DNA of 64,000 bases from Candidatus Marinacidobacterales bacterium (GTDB taxonomy: Bacteria; Acidobacteriota; Vicinamibacteria; Marinacidobacterales; SMYC01): assembly GCA_965237955.1 (NCBI GenBank), contig OZ250169.1, positions 7,200,001 through 7,264,000 on the forward strand. The letters are read 5' to 3'. This document shows positions 21,828 to 32,687 of the stretch, in pieces. Under the pieces are notes generated by a model, which had not been told where the DNA came from, did not search any database, and saw only the letters and a program-made list of their open reading frames with translations. Position 1 is the stretch's first letter; the number at the start of each line of letters is the position of its first letter. The translations under genes and the position numbers were made by a program.

Positions 21828-22129
21828 GAAGCCCGGAAACTAGCACGAGCGCCGTCCGCGAGGCAATGTGGGACGATGGTTTGTGCGGCGACAGCCCCGT
21901 CAGGGAGTCTCCGGTGTCTCGTCGAAAGAGATGAGCCAGATGTCCGACTCGTTGGGTGCTTCCGCCACGAACTGTTGGTGGCCAAGTCCTAACCCGCTTG
22001 CGTGCTTGAGCCTGAATTCGAGAGACGCACTTCTTTCGTCCATAGGGCCGACGCGAAGTGAAGAATCTGAGCTGTCTCAACCCCGAGTGTCCGCTGCATG
22101 GAAAAGTCGGTTCCGGCCGCAAGCAAACC

Positions 22130-22300
22130 GAAGCGTCTACGCCGCTCTTCGACGGTCCGCAGCGAGCCCGCAAACCCGAGTGAGGCGTAGGCGGCGACGA
22201 CGGCGACCACAACGGAGAGCCCCACCAGGATCGGGTGATACGTTCCCTGAATCACGAGAGTCTTCTCGGACGCGTCGCGCAGAAACTCCAAATACGGCAC
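22130..22300 (-). pseudogene. MHYT-domain N-terminal fragment
   Basis: GTYHPILVGLSVVVAVVAAYASL, after which similarity ends. Confidence 0.55.
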
Positions 22301-22305
22301 GGGTG

Positions 22306-23451
22306 CTACTTTAGGAAGATGCTCTTGGGGATGTACCCGGTGACGACCTGAGTGAGGTCGACGACCTCGCTGACGCGGAAATCAACGGCGATGCTGGCGA
22401 GCGAGAGTGCCTTGTCCGGCGTGAGCCCCTTTTCTTTCACGAGAAAGTCCACGACCTCCCATGTCGCGTGTCGGGTCGCTCGGTCGAGATCGAGGTCGAT
22501 CCCCATCAGGAGGTAGTGGGTATCCGTTTCCGCGCGCGGGCCCGCCAGGCTTACACCTTTGTGGACAATGAACCGAAAGACGCCGCTGAGCGACTGCTCG
22601 ATCGCGGTGCCGCTCACCTCGCCGTCGCCTTGTGCCCCGTGCGGATCTCCGGTGTAGAAGAGCGCACCGGGGTGGAAGACCGGAAGGTAGACGGTCGTTC
22701 CAGCCTTGAGATCCTTGACGTCCAGGTTCCCACCGAAGGCGCCCGGAGGTCGAGAGCCCTGCACGCCGGGAAGCGTTACTCCGGGTTCGCCGACCACGGG
22801 GTCGGGGGCCACCGCAAGGATACCCATGAAGGGCGCGAGCGGTACCCGGATGTTCTCAGCGATGAAAGCAACTTCACGTCCGTCGACCTCGCCGGTACGA
22901 ATCACGTGCCGCGTCCTCTGTGGGATGTCCAGCAGGGGGTCGTCGGCACGGACACCTGGATAGCTCGACGAGAACACGCCTCCTGTGGCGCTCGTGTTGT
23001 TGATTCCCCAGGGTACACGCGTCTCTATATCGAGAATCTGCACCTCGAGCATGTCACCGGGCTCCGCACCCTCGACATAGATGGGGCCGGTAATCACGTG
23101 GCCGCTGCGACCTTCTCTCGGACGCTCGTCGCGCGAAGCCCAAAAGTCCACAACGTCCTCGAGAATCTCTTCCCGGGGTACTCCCAGCCCGGTTAGATAG
23201 GTTTCGGGATTCTCATTCTGGGTCGCGCCTGCGTGGGTCAGGGTGTCGATGCGCACCGTCTGCCCGGAACGAACGGTTAGAACGGGCTCTTTGTCGATCG
23301 GATACCAACCCCAACTGAGATTCTCCGGTCGCGAGGGCACGTAGTGATCGGCTGCCAGGGGTTCGTCCTGAGCGGCCGTGACGCCAGGAAAGCCGATAAC
23401 GCAGAGCGCGATCACGAGACGACGCGCGCGTCGAGCCCATCCGCGTAACAC
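22306..23451 (-). CDS. Acetamidase/formamidase family protein, secreted
   Basis: HVITGPIYVEGAEPGD, FGGNLD, GDPHGAQGDGEV. Confidence 0.92.
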   Translation of the reverse strand: MLRGWARRARRLVIALCVIGFPGVTAAQDEPLAADHYVPSRPENLSWGWYPIDKEPVLTVRSGQTVRIDTLTHAGATQNENPETYLTGLGVPREEILEDVVDFWASRDERPREGRSGHVITGPIYVEGAEPGDMLEVQILDIETRVPWGINNTSATGGVFSSSYPGVRADDPLLDIPQRTRHVIRTGEVDGREVAFIAENIRVPLAPFMGILAVAPDPVVGEPGVTLPGVQGSRPPGAFGGNLDVKDLKAGTTVYLPVFHPGALFYTGDPHGAQGDGEVSGTAIEQSLSGVFRFIVHKGVSLAGPRAETDTHYLLMGIDLDLDRATRHATWEVVDFLVKEKGLTPDKALSLASIAVDFRVSEVVDLTQVVTGYIPKSIFLK

Positions 23452-23542
23452 CGTCGCATTGTCCTCTATGCCGGATCCAAAAAGCTAACGCCGGAAGCCG
23501 GAGATACCATCGCGCTCTCAACCTGCATCGTTGGAACTTCCG

Positions 23543-25255
23543 CTATTGCCCTCGATAACCGGGCCCTCTGAGGACCTGCCCTGGACGCTCGTCCGTGATC
23601 TTGCCGTCGTCGACGACTGCGCGGCCATTGACGAGGACGTAGCGCACCCCCACCGAGTAATGGTTGGGATCTTCGAACGTCGCGACATCGCGGATGGTGT
23701 TCGGATCGAACACGGTGATGTCCGCCGCCATCCCGGGCCGGAGAATGCCTCGGTCCTGGAGTCCCACGCGCGTCGCGGCTCGAGACGTCATTTTGCGGAC
23801 GGCTTCCTCGAGGGTGAGGAGCTTTTCATCACGCACGTATTTTCCGAGGATGCGCGCAAACGTCCCCCAGGCGCGAGGGTGCGATTTGCTCGTCGAAAGA
23901 GACCCGTCCTCCGCACGCGCGGAAGAGTCGGTATCGATCGAGACCAGAGGGTGACGCAGCGCGGCCCGCACATCGTCCTCGGTCATGATAGAGATGATGC
24001 ACGACGACTCGGCGTGGTCGGCGATGACGAGGTCCATGAGCGCATCGCGCGGATCCTTGCCCATTTCACGCCCGATCTCCGCGAGGGTCATTCCCTCCCA
24101 CTTCCGCAGGGCGGGGTCGAGCACCGAGCTGAGCATCACGCCCTCGGCACCCCCCGAGCCGTACCACTGGTTCTCCCACTCGGTAATGGAGGCGTCGGCC
24201 ATCTCGGTCTTGATCCGCTCCCGTAGCGCGGGGTCTCGCAATCGCGCGATCATCTCGTCGGCGCCACCTTCTCGAACCCAGACGGGAAGGCAGGCATCGA
24301 GGCCATTCGAGGCTCGATCGTACGGATACTGATTGGCGCTCACGTCGAGGCCGCGTGCCCGCGCCTCCTCGAATCGAGCGAGAACTTCTGGCATCTTCCC
24401 CCAGTTGACCTTGTAAGCCGTCTTCAAGTGCCAGACCTCGGCCGGGATCCCGGCGCGCTCGGCGATCGTGAAGACTTCGTCGAGAGACTCGAAGATGAGG
24501 TTGCTCTCCGAGCGCTGGTGGGTGATGTAGATGCCACCGTGTTCGGCGGCGACCTTGGCCAGCTCGATCAATTCCTCCGTCGAGGCGAAGCGGTCTGGAA
24601 CGTATTGAAGCGAGCTGCTGAGCCCGAGCGCTCCGTCCTCCATCGCCTCGGCGACGAGCTTCTTCATCGCTTCGAGCTCATCTGGGGTCGCCGGGCGATC
24701 CTCGCGTCCGATCACATAGTCGCGCACGCCGCCCGAGCCGACGAAGGTAGCGATATTGATGGCGGGGCGAGAGCGGGTCTCGACGCGGTGGAAGTACTCC
24801 GCCAGGGTGTGAAAGTCCTGCTCGATACCGAATCGGCGGTAGCTCGCGGACGCCGCTTTCATCATGCGATCGTTGACCGGCGCGATGGAGGCTCCCTCCC
24901 CGGTGACCTCGGTCGTGATGCCCTGCATGATCTTGCTCGCCGCCCGGCCGTCGACCAGGATGCTGAACTCCGACTGGCCCAGCATGTCGATGAACCCGGG
25001 GGCAACGACGAGACCGAGAGCGTCGATACGTTGCCCGGCGTGCGCGCCGTCAAGTTGTCCCAGGGCTGTGATACGGCCGTCCGTGATCCCGACGTCACCG
25101 ATGAACCAGGGCGCACCCGTCCCATCGACAATCCGCCCTCCCTCGACGGTGACGTCGAAGGACGGGGGCGTTTGGGAGCCGAGCGCGAAGACCTCACCGA
25201 GCACGACCACCAGGGCCGCGAGGAACAAGAGCGTTTCGCCGCGGTTCGATATCAT
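23543..25255 (-). CDS. D-aminoacylase-family amidohydrolase
   Basis: VAPGFID, QGITTEVTGEG, HPRAWGTF, EEAVRKMT, ADITVFD. Confidence 0.92.
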   Translation of the reverse strand: MISNRGETLLFLAALVVVLGEVFALGSQTPPSFDVTVEGGRIVDGTGAPWFIGDVGITDGRITALGQLDGAHAGQRIDALGLVVAPGFIDMLGQSEFSILVDGRAASKIMQGITTEVTGEGASIAPVNDRMMKAASASYRRFGIEQDFHTLAEYFHRVETRSRPAINIATFVGSGGVRDYVIGREDRPATPDELEAMKKLVAEAMEDGALGLSSSLQYVPDRFASTEELIELAKVAAEHGGIYITHQRSESNLIFESLDEVFTIAERAGIPAEVWHLKTAYKVNWGKMPEVLARFEEARARGLDVSANQYPYDRASNGLDACLPVWVREGGADEMIARLRDPALRERIKTEMADASITEWENQWYGSGGAEGVMLSSVLDPALRKWEGMTLAEIGREMGKDPRDALMDLVIADHAESSCIISIMTEDDVRAALRHPLVSIDTDSSARAEDGSLSTSKSHPRAWGTFARILGKYVRDEKLLTLEEAVRKMTSRAATRVGLQDRGILRPGMAADITVFDPNTIRDVATFEDPNHYSVGVRYVLVNGRAVVDDGKITDERPGQVLRGPGYRGQ

Positions 25256-25354
25256 GCGGCGATGCTATCAGCGCAGGAGGGCGTTTACCATTCCATCCGC
25301 ACTCGCTTGCCTCAGTACGGGAAATTGTCCCGCAGGGCTAGGCGCGGTTCGTTT

Positions 25355-25452
25355 CCGCGCCGAACTCCTCTCGCATGATCTTGACGATGTCCTCAGCGTG
25401 GCTGTCGTCCTTGGCGTAAACGAGCGTCTTCGGCACTTCCGTGCGACCGGGG
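25355..25452 (-). pseudogene. hsdR: About 33-codon remnant of type I restriction enzyme R subunit
   Basis: Translates PGRTEVPKTLVYAKDDSHAEDIVKIMREEFG, a recognisable HsdR helicase-region motif; ends at the 42-bp repeat. Confidence 0.75.
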
Positions 25453-25491
25453 TTAGGGGCTGGCCATCAACACTTGGTTGCGGAAATACCC
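25450..25491. repeat. 42-bp dispersed repeat, copy B
   Basis: GGGTTAGGGGCTGGCCATCAACACTTGGTTGCGGAAATACCC; 37/42 identical to copy A. Confidence 0.85.
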
Positions 25492-25562
25492 ATTGAGTCG
25501 GTATCAGCTATACTTGGGAGTTACAAGAACAATCCATGATGTTTGCCCTCTAGGCGGAGACC

Positions 25563-25970
25563 ATGACGACGGACCACGCAGACCCGCGGAACCGGCGCGG
25601 TTCGAAGCGCATCAACGCGCGAATACGCATCTTGTTTACCCGCGCGGGAACCGGCGTTGCCATCGAGGCGGAGACCGACGACATCAGCGCGGACGGTGTG
25701 TTTGTTCGAACCCGCCGTCGACCGCCGGACGCGGGTACCAAACTCGCGCTGCTCCTGAAGCTGGAAGATCCCGCTCAGGAGTTGATGCTGGAAGGAATCG
25801 TGGCCTGGGTGAGCCAGGGTGTACTTACTGAATCTGGGCAAACGTCGCGAGGGATGGGCATCCGCTTCGTGGATGTGGATGACGAAACGCGAAAGGTTCT
25901 GACGCAAGCCCTCGAGCGGACTGAGGAGGCAAGTGCTCCACCGCAGGAAGTCGGCGATGGCAGCGCCTAG
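25563..25970 (+). CDS. PilZ-domain protein
   Basis: RRGSKR (RxxxR), DISADG (DxSxxG), GMGIRF. Confidence 0.9.
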   Translation: MTTDHADPRNRRGSKRINARIRILFTRAGTGVAIEAETDDISADGVFVRTRRRPPDAGTKLALLLKLEDPAQELMLEGIVAWVSQGVLTESGQTSRGMGIRFVDVDDETRKVLTQALERTEEASAPPQEVGDGSA

Positions 25971-27119
25971 TGCTCGAACGCGCACCCGTTAAAGGACTCG
26001 GAGCGACGGGATCTCAGGGAGGTCATCGAAGACCGCGCCGAGAGTCTTGCTGTGCCCTCCGCAGACGGGGTCAGTTCGAGAGCCGATAGGTAAACTTTAT
26101 GCGCTCATCGGCCACTCCGCTCAAGCGGAACACGATGCGGCGGGCGTCGATTGAAAGCACGTGACCTTGCGCCGCTTTGATGCTCCCCGGAACGAAATGC
26201 TCGGATCTTGAAAAATCGAACCTCCAGAGGCCCTCACCGCTGGCTTCGGGGGACAAGAAGGCTTCGATAGTGTTTTCACCGCGGCGTCCCTCGAAATCGT
26301 GTCTGAAAGGGCCCGCACTGTTGGTGTTGTCGAGCCGGGCGCCATTCAACACGACGCTTCCGCGAGATGTTCCGTCGGAAGGGCTCATTCCCAGAAAGCT
26401 CGTGAACGAGCTTCGGAGAGCTTGCCGGAGTTTCAGGGGGAGCGTGATGCCCTGCACGGTTACGTCGCTGGCGCTTGCTCCATCCGTCACAGTCAAGGTG
26501 ATGGTGACCACCTCGTTGTTGCATGACGGCCAGTTCCGGGTGGGTTTTTGCTCCGAGTGGTTGGTGACACCTCCACCGGCGGCGCCTCCGTCGATGACCC
26601 AGGCGTAAGTGGTGACGGGCCCGGTCGAGCATCCGCCATCGAGTTTCAAATTGCAGGATCCACCGGGGAAGTTGAATGTGAAGCAGGCTGTCACTGCCGG
26701 TGGCGGTGGTGGTGGTGGTGGCGGTGGCGCACCTGGTGGTGCTGGAGGCGGTGGCGCACCTGGCGTCGCGACGGGATCTTCTGGGGTTTTCGGGTCCGAG
26801 GGTCCCGTCGCGACGACGACAACCCCTCCGACGCCGGCAGCGCCCGCACCGATGGCAACGGCCGTCCCGCTGCCTGCTCCACCAGCGATTCCGGAGGTCA
26901 CAACACCCGTCGTGGCAATAGTCCCTATGATTTCCACGGTCTCGAAGCCGGGAGGAAGTGCTGATGCTCCAGCTTCCGTGGCCCCTACGATGATGCCCGG
27001 TTCTTCGCCGGGCAAATAGGCGCCTGGGCGGTCCTTGCATTTCTCTCGAACCTCGGGGTCGTGCTCGACATCCACGGCATTGTTAAAGGCGACGTCCACC
27101 GCCTCGATGTAATAAATGA

Positions 27120-28838
27120 GGTTCTCCTGTCGTTTCGGGGGATCTGATTTGTGTTGGAGGGCATGGCCTATGGACGCTGCCGCGATTGTGGAAAACGCCG
27201 GAAACTCCGGGCGAGAGAGGCGTTTAGGGAAAGGTTGTGAGCACGTACAAACGTGGAGCGGCGTTTTCCACAATCGCTTGGAAAACGCTTCGCGTTTCCC
27301 ACGAGCGCCCACAGGCCCCTCCTGATATATATACAAGAAAGATTAATTCATATGGGATAAGGAAGGGGGGGCTCGATTAGTGGAGGCTATGGAAAACGCC
27401 CTTCCAGGCTTCGAAGAGAACTCAGTCGTGAGCAAGGTCTGAACGACCAGAACCGTGGGGGCGTTTCCCACAGCCTCGTCTCCCGCTGAGGGGCAGTGGC
27501 ATTTGGTGAGGCCCGTGGGTTGAGAGGGTAAGCCATGTGTAGATGCGCATCGGCGAGAACGCTAGAATCTTTTTTTCCGAAAGAGAAAAGAGCGTTCCCG
27601 CGATGCGCGTTACTACGTTAGTCAACAAGCTCATCGGATTGCAAGGCCTGTGGGTCCGAGGTTTCCACTTCCAGGCGGACAAAGCCAGAGTGGTGGTGGA
27701 TGTAGTACCACGGAGGAGGAAGCCTCTGTGCGGGATTTGCGGACGAAAGGTCCGCAAGAACAAAGATCGCTACAATCGCTACTGGCGGCACTTGGACCTG
27801 TTCGGAGTCCGGACCTATCTTCGCTACTCGATCCGACGAGTGGTATGTCGGCGGTGTGGAGTGGTCAGAGAAAAGGTGCCTTGGGCCGACAAGGGAAGCC
27901 GCTTTACCAAAAGCTTCGAACAAGAGGTAGCGTGGCTGGCACAGAGGACGGACGTCAGCGCCGTAGCGAACTATTTCCGAGTGACGTGGCGTTCGGTGCG
28001 ACGGATCATCCAGCGAGTGGTTGCCGAGCAGCGGGATGAGCGGCGCGAGCTCGATGGATTGCGGGTGATTGGGATGGACGAGATCAGCTACCGCAAACGC
28101 CACAAGTACTTAACAGTGGTAATAGACCATCTCAGCGGCCGGGTCGTCTGGGCGGGAAAGGAGCGCAAGGCCAAGACGCTGCTGCGGTTTTTCCGCAAGC
28201 TCGGACCACAAAGAGCCGCGGAGCTCGAAGCGGTCAGCATGGACATGTGGGAGCCGTACATAACTGTCGTCGGCAAAAAGGCTCCTCAGGCACGGGTGAT
28301 CTTTGACCGCTTCCACATCGTCAAGCATCTGAACGAGGCCGTGGATAAGACCCGGCGCGAGCTGGTGCGCGAGCTCAAAGGGACTGCCCGGCGCAACCTC
28401 AAGAACACCAAGTTTCCCCTTCTCAAGGCCAAACACAACCGCAGCGCGAAAGACAAACGGGTGCTCCGCGAGCAGGTGCGAGCTAATCGTCGCCTCTACC
28501 GCGCCATGCTTCTGCGCGACGACTTCATGGACCTCTACACCTACAAAACCGAGACATGGGCCAAGAAGTTTCTCCGAGGATGGCTGCGGCGCGCTATGAG
28601 CTCGAGGATAGAGCCCGTCAAACGCGCGGCGAAGATGATCCGCAGCCACTTCGATGGCGTCATCGCGTGGGTCACGTGGAGACTCAGCAACGGCCGACTC
28701 GAAGGAATGAACAACAAAATCCGGCTGCTGAGCCACCGCAGCTTTGGACTCCACTCTGCCGAAGCTCTCATCAGTCTCGTCTACCTAAACTGTGGCGGTC
28801 TCACCCTCGAGAGGATCCACTGAAATGGCAGGAGAGGC
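27120..28838 (+). mobile_element. ISL3-family IS, 1719 bp
   Basis: IRL GGTTCTCCTGTCGTTTCGGGGGATC and IRR (reverse complement) GCCTCTCCTGCCATTTCAGTGGATC; 8-bp TSD ATAAATGA at 27112-27119 and 28839-28846. Confidence 0.95.
27603..28823 (+). CDS. ISL3 transposase
   Basis: CGIC/CRRC, IGMDE, SMDMW, FDRFH, EGMNNKIR. Confidence 0.95.
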   Translation: MRVTTLVNKLIGLQGLWVRGFHFQADKARVVVDVVPRRRKPLCGICGRKVRKNKDRYNRYWRHLDLFGVRTYLRYSIRRVVCRRCGVVREKVPWADKGSRFTKSFEQEVAWLAQRTDVSAVANYFRVTWRSVRRIIQRVVAEQRDERRELDGLRVIGMDEISYRKRHKYLTVVIDHLSGRVVWAGKERKAKTLLRFFRKLGPQRAAELEAVSMDMWEPYITVVGKKAPQARVIFDRFHIVKHLNEAVDKTRRELVRELKGTARRNLKNTKFPLLKAKHNRSAKDKRVLREQVRANRRLYRAMLLRDDFMDLYTYKTETWAKKFLRGWLRRAMSSRIEPVKRAAKMIRSHFDGVIAWVTWRLSNGRLEGMNNKIRLLSHRSFGLHSAEALISLVYLNCGGLTLERIH

Positions 28839-29389
28839 ATAAATGATCCGTGCCGTTCCCGGGCTGGGCTTGGGCAGGATGCTGACAAAGTTGTCTTCAT
28901 GGATGACCATCTCCACCCAGTAAAATTTCGGATAGTGGTCGGCGCGGAAATAGACCTTGGCGGTCCGAACGTCCTTTCCGGGCTGGATGGCTGCATCGAC
29001 CACCGGGTATTTGCCCACGCCGGTACAATCGAGCGGGTCGTGGGAGATGTCGGGAGTTGTTTGAGTTCGAGCCGGTGCTGCGAATCCGAGAACGACGAGG
29101 AGCGGGAGACTTTTCAGACCCATCTTCGTCACGGTACGCGCGCGTCTGGAGGGCGACGACGAACGCGTGCAGTTCTGACCCATGGGCTCTTGACTCCGTC
29201 TTAGCTCGGCTTTCGGACGAGGGGATCTCGATCGATAAACTGGTCCCGCAGTAAGTACGCAAACCCTATGCCAAGGGGAGCAGACGTTTTCCGACCCGTA
29301 TCCCATTGATCGAAAAGGGGATACGTGCGATTCTCGCGAAGAAAAGGCATAGCTGGCGTGGCCGTTTCCCCACACTGAGACAAGAGTTA

Positions 29390-30030
29390 AAGTGACCCCC
29401 GGCAAAGCCGGGGGCCTATTCATAAGAGCCCCTCGAAGGGGCTGTTCATGAGCCCCCTAAAGGGGGCGATCTTGCTCCCCAACTACGAGCCCGACCAATC
29501 CATATTCAGCTGGTCCAGACGTTGGTCCTCCTGCTCTTGGAATGTACTTGCGGACCATCTCTTCGTCCAAGCCTACGGTCGACACGAAGTAACCGCGTGC
29601 CCAGAAGCTTTCGCCGGTGAAGTTGCGTCTGCGTCCGCGGAAGTTCCGTGCCACCGAGATCGCACTCTTGCCTTTGATGAACCCCACCACGTTCGACACC
29701 GCAAACTTCGGTGGGATGCTGATGCACATGTGGACGTGGTCCGACATCAAGTGGCCCTCCAGAATCCAGGCCTCTTTTTGTTTCGCCAGCTCGTGGAGAA
29801 TCTTTCCCAGATGCGTTCTGATTGCACCATACATCTTCTTCCTTCGGTACTTCGGGATGAACACAACGTGATATTTGCAGTCCCATCGTGTGTGGGATAG
29901 GCTCTTGTATTCTTTCACCTTGGTAGTCCTCCTTGTTTGGAAGTTCGCGCTTTCCAAGGAGGACTTTCTTTCCTACTTCCTTACACGGTCAAACCTCTGG
30001 GAGTCACCCCGGCAGAGCCGGGGGTTTACC
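29390..30030 (-). mobile_element. tnpA: IS200/IS605-family element (tnpA only; CDS about 29500-29957 with a 3' frameshift)
   Basis: YHVVFIPKYR, DHVHM (HUH), FWARGYF; sub-terminal hairpins CCCCGGCA(A/G)AGCCGGGG near 29397 and 30007. Confidence 0.92.
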
Positions 30031-30108
30031 TCAATGAATTATCCAACTAGGTCCTCGAACCAGTGTCGGTCGTCGAGCTCGGATTTCCGGTGCTCGCGGA
30101 GATCTTCC

Positions 30109-32346
30109 TCACCAGCTGATGCTCTTCGAGAACTTGCCGCCGTCCGCAAGCGTGACCGTGGCTGCGATCTCCCCCTGGTGCTGCGACTCCTTCCAGGTAC
30201 CCGCGATCTCGTAAACAAGTGCGGTGGCTTGCGGGTCGATTCGCTGGATGCGAGTGGGAATCTGGGCCCCCTTGCCGGTGGTCTTGCCCCCGAATCGGCT
30301 CACCAGCTCCAGGCTTCGGACCTCGATGGGTCGATATCCCTCGTTAAAGACTCTCACCCGGAGCACATAGGGCTCGCCCGGCTTGGCGTCGGTTGGGTTG
30401 AGCTCGATGATGATCTGAGCTGGGAAAAAGGGATCGGCCGTTTCATTGACCTTGAACCGGTCTTCCATCTCGAATCCCACAACTTCTTCCGTGTCGGATT
30501 GGCTCGGAGTAAATTCGGTCTTACTCTCGACGAAGCGTCGTGCCGGCGCCGCGGCCTGCCGCTTGGCCTCCGCCTGGTGTTTGAGACTTATGGCTCGATC
30601 GAGCCCGTTCTGGGCTTCGCGGCTTTCCGGCTCGTACTCCATGGCCTTTTTGTAGGCGTCAATGGCTCCTTGATAGTTACCTCCCTCGAGAGAGAGCCTT
30701 CCCTGTTGGACATATTGCGCAGCGAAGGATTTCAGCTCTGCCTCGGCTTGCTTGGCTCGGAGCTTGTCGCTCAGCTCGCTCCAGCGCGGGCTTTTAGGGT
30801 CCAGACGCTGCCCACGGGCAATGAGCGACTGGGCCTCTTCGAGCTGGCCGTTACTGAGCGCCAATGCGGCGTCGGTGGCAAAGGTTGCGGCCTGCTCACG
30901 AGGAGTCGGCTTGGATGAAGGAACGGGCCTGAGCTTTTCAACTGGCGGGGACGGTTGAGCCGGCTTGGATTTCGCTTGGTCTTCTGCCGCTTTCCTGACG
31001 GCTTCCTGAAGCTCGAGAGCTCTCGGGTTTCCCGGCTCAATCGTCAAGATGTTTTGCACCGCTTCGAAGGCCTGGGCGATTTGTCCGTTCTCGAGAAGCC
31101 CCTCGGCAAACTGGAAACGCTTTTCCAGATCGACGGGGGCGGGGGAGGACCCCAATGCCGACGCGGGGGGTGGAGAGCTCTCGGGTTGATGGAACACGAG
31201 AAGATACGCCCCTACTGCCGCGCCAAGAAGGACAACCGCAGCCGCCACCTGTGGCAGCCGGCTGGGGGCGGGCGGGCGGGCAACCCTCGTGGGCCGGATG
31301 CGACTCTTCGAGGGTGTCGATGGTCTAACGGGAGCCGGCCTCACCTCGGTGGCAGGCATCCCCTCGCTGGGTGCCGGTTGAGCCACACCGATCTGGGTGG
31401 ACGTTCCGGTCTGTTGTACGGGAACTGCGGCCGCGTCGGTGCCACCGGGCCGCTTGGCTCCATGGCTTGTCTGTCGAAGGGATCCCGGGTCAAGAGCGCG
31501 AAAGATGGGTTTTTCGGGCAACCCCGCTGAATGATCACGCAAGAAGTTCTCGATGGCCTTCGCCATCTTCTCGGCGCTCGAGTAGCGATCCTCGGCATCC
31601 TTGGCGAGGGCCGAGCTTACAATCTCCTGGAGCTCCGGGAGTTCCCGTCCATCGGGCATGACCAGCTCGGGCGGGTCTTCCGTGAGAGTCTTGAAAAAGA
31701 CCGTCTCGATGCTCTCTCCGGAAAAGAGCATTTTGTCGGTCAAAAGCTGGTAGAGGACGATGCCAACGCTGAAAATGTCCGAACGGCCATCAACCCTCTC
31801 GCCACGAATCTGCTCGGGAGACATATAGCTGGCGGTCCCGAGGACCATCCCGCTCTGGGTTTGAGAAGACTTCATCCAGCGGGCGACGCCAAAGTCCATG
31901 ATCTTTGCACCGTCTTTGGTGACGAAAATATTGGCCGGCTTGACGTCACGATGGACGACCCCGGCGCCGTGGACGTGATGCAGTCCTCGACATACCTGGG
32001 CGACGATCTCGAGCCTTCGAATGACGGAGGGAGGGTTTATCTTGACGAGATGCTCAAGGTCGGTTCCCTCGAGGAGCTCCATCGCGATGAAGGGTGAACC
32101 CTGCTGATCGTAACCAAGGTCGTGAATGGTGACGATGTTGGGATGGTGGAGACGAGCAACCGCCTTCGCCTCGCGCTCGAAACGATCCCTCATCTCCGCA
32201 TCGTTGATCGAAGAGCCCGCCATGACCTTGATGGCGACGTCGCGCTCGAGAACGGGATCGTGCGCGAGGAAGACCATCCCCATATTCCCTTTGCCGAGCA
32301 ACTTGCGAATCTCGAACTTGCCCAGCTTGTTGGGTGGGGAGCGCAT
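30109..32346 (-). CDS. Hanks-type Ser/Thr protein kinase with TM segment and TPR repeats
   Basis: LGKGNMG, VAIK, HRDVKPAN, MDFG, YMSPEQ; hydrophobic segment; helical repeats. Confidence 0.95.
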   Translation of the reverse strand: MRSPPNKLGKFEIRKLLGKGNMGMVFLAHDPVLERDVAIKVMAGSSINDAEMRDRFEREAKAVARLHHPNIVTIHDLGYDQQGSPFIAMELLEGTDLEHLVKINPPSVIRRLEIVAQVCRGLHHVHGAGVVHRDVKPANIFVTKDGAKIMDFGVARWMKSSQTQSGMVLGTASYMSPEQIRGERVDGRSDIFSVGIVLYQLLTDKMLFSGESIETVFFKTLTEDPPELVMPDGRELPELQEIVSSALAKDAEDRYSSAEKMAKAIENFLRDHSAGLPEKPIFRALDPGSLRQTSHGAKRPGGTDAAAVPVQQTGTSTQIGVAQPAPSEGMPATEVRPAPVRPSTPSKSRIRPTRVARPPAPSRLPQVAAAVVLLGAAVGAYLLVFHQPESSPPPASALGSSPAPVDLEKRFQFAEGLLENGQIAQAFEAVQNILTIEPGNPRALELQEAVRKAAEDQAKSKPAQPSPPVEKLRPVPSSKPTPREQAATFATDAALALSNGQLEEAQSLIARGQRLDPKSPRWSELSDKLRAKQAEAELKSFAAQYVQQGRLSLEGGNYQGAIDAYKKAMEYEPESREAQNGLDRAISLKHQAEAKRQAAAPARRFVESKTEFTPSQSDTEEVVGFEMEDRFKVNETADPFFPAQIIIELNPTDAKPGEPYVLRVRVFNEGYRPIEVRSLELVSRFGGKTTGKGAQIPTRIQRIDPQATALVYEIAGTWKESQHQGEIAATVTLADGGKFSKSISW

Positions 32347-32687
32347 GACGGCAGTCTTGTCCCGCATGTTAGGAAGGAGGAGCAAGAACCGTGCCGGAAA
32401 GTTCGGCCTCGACGGGGGGTCTAGCCGTCGGGCCGTCGCGATGTATGTCGAAACGGCAGAACCATTTACAGGAGAAAGCGTGGCGACACACCAACGAGTC
32501 GTCGGGAAACGGTCGGGAGGCTTGAACGCGAGCTCAACGGGTTACGGTCTGAGAAAACCCACGCCGGTGGGTTGAAAACACCACAGGCTTGGGGCAACTT
32601 TCACATCCTGGAGATGAGACGAATTTCGGCCCTGGAAACCTGCCTCTCGGTTGATTCGTCTCTCTCAAGCCGCTAGATTTCCCCCAA

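Larger units (their letters stand above)
26071..29123 (-). pseudogene. Secreted/membrane protein with Gly-rich segment, Pro-rich linker and PKD-like domain, split by ISL3
   Basis: N-terminal part 28839-29123 (signal peptide, HDPLDC, KVYFRA) joins the C-terminal part in frame (ARIIYYIEAVD) when the IS is removed. Confidence 0.8.

Noticed and set aside
26695-26765. GGT/GGC triplet repeats
   Set aside because: Encode the poly-Pro linker of the minus-strand gene
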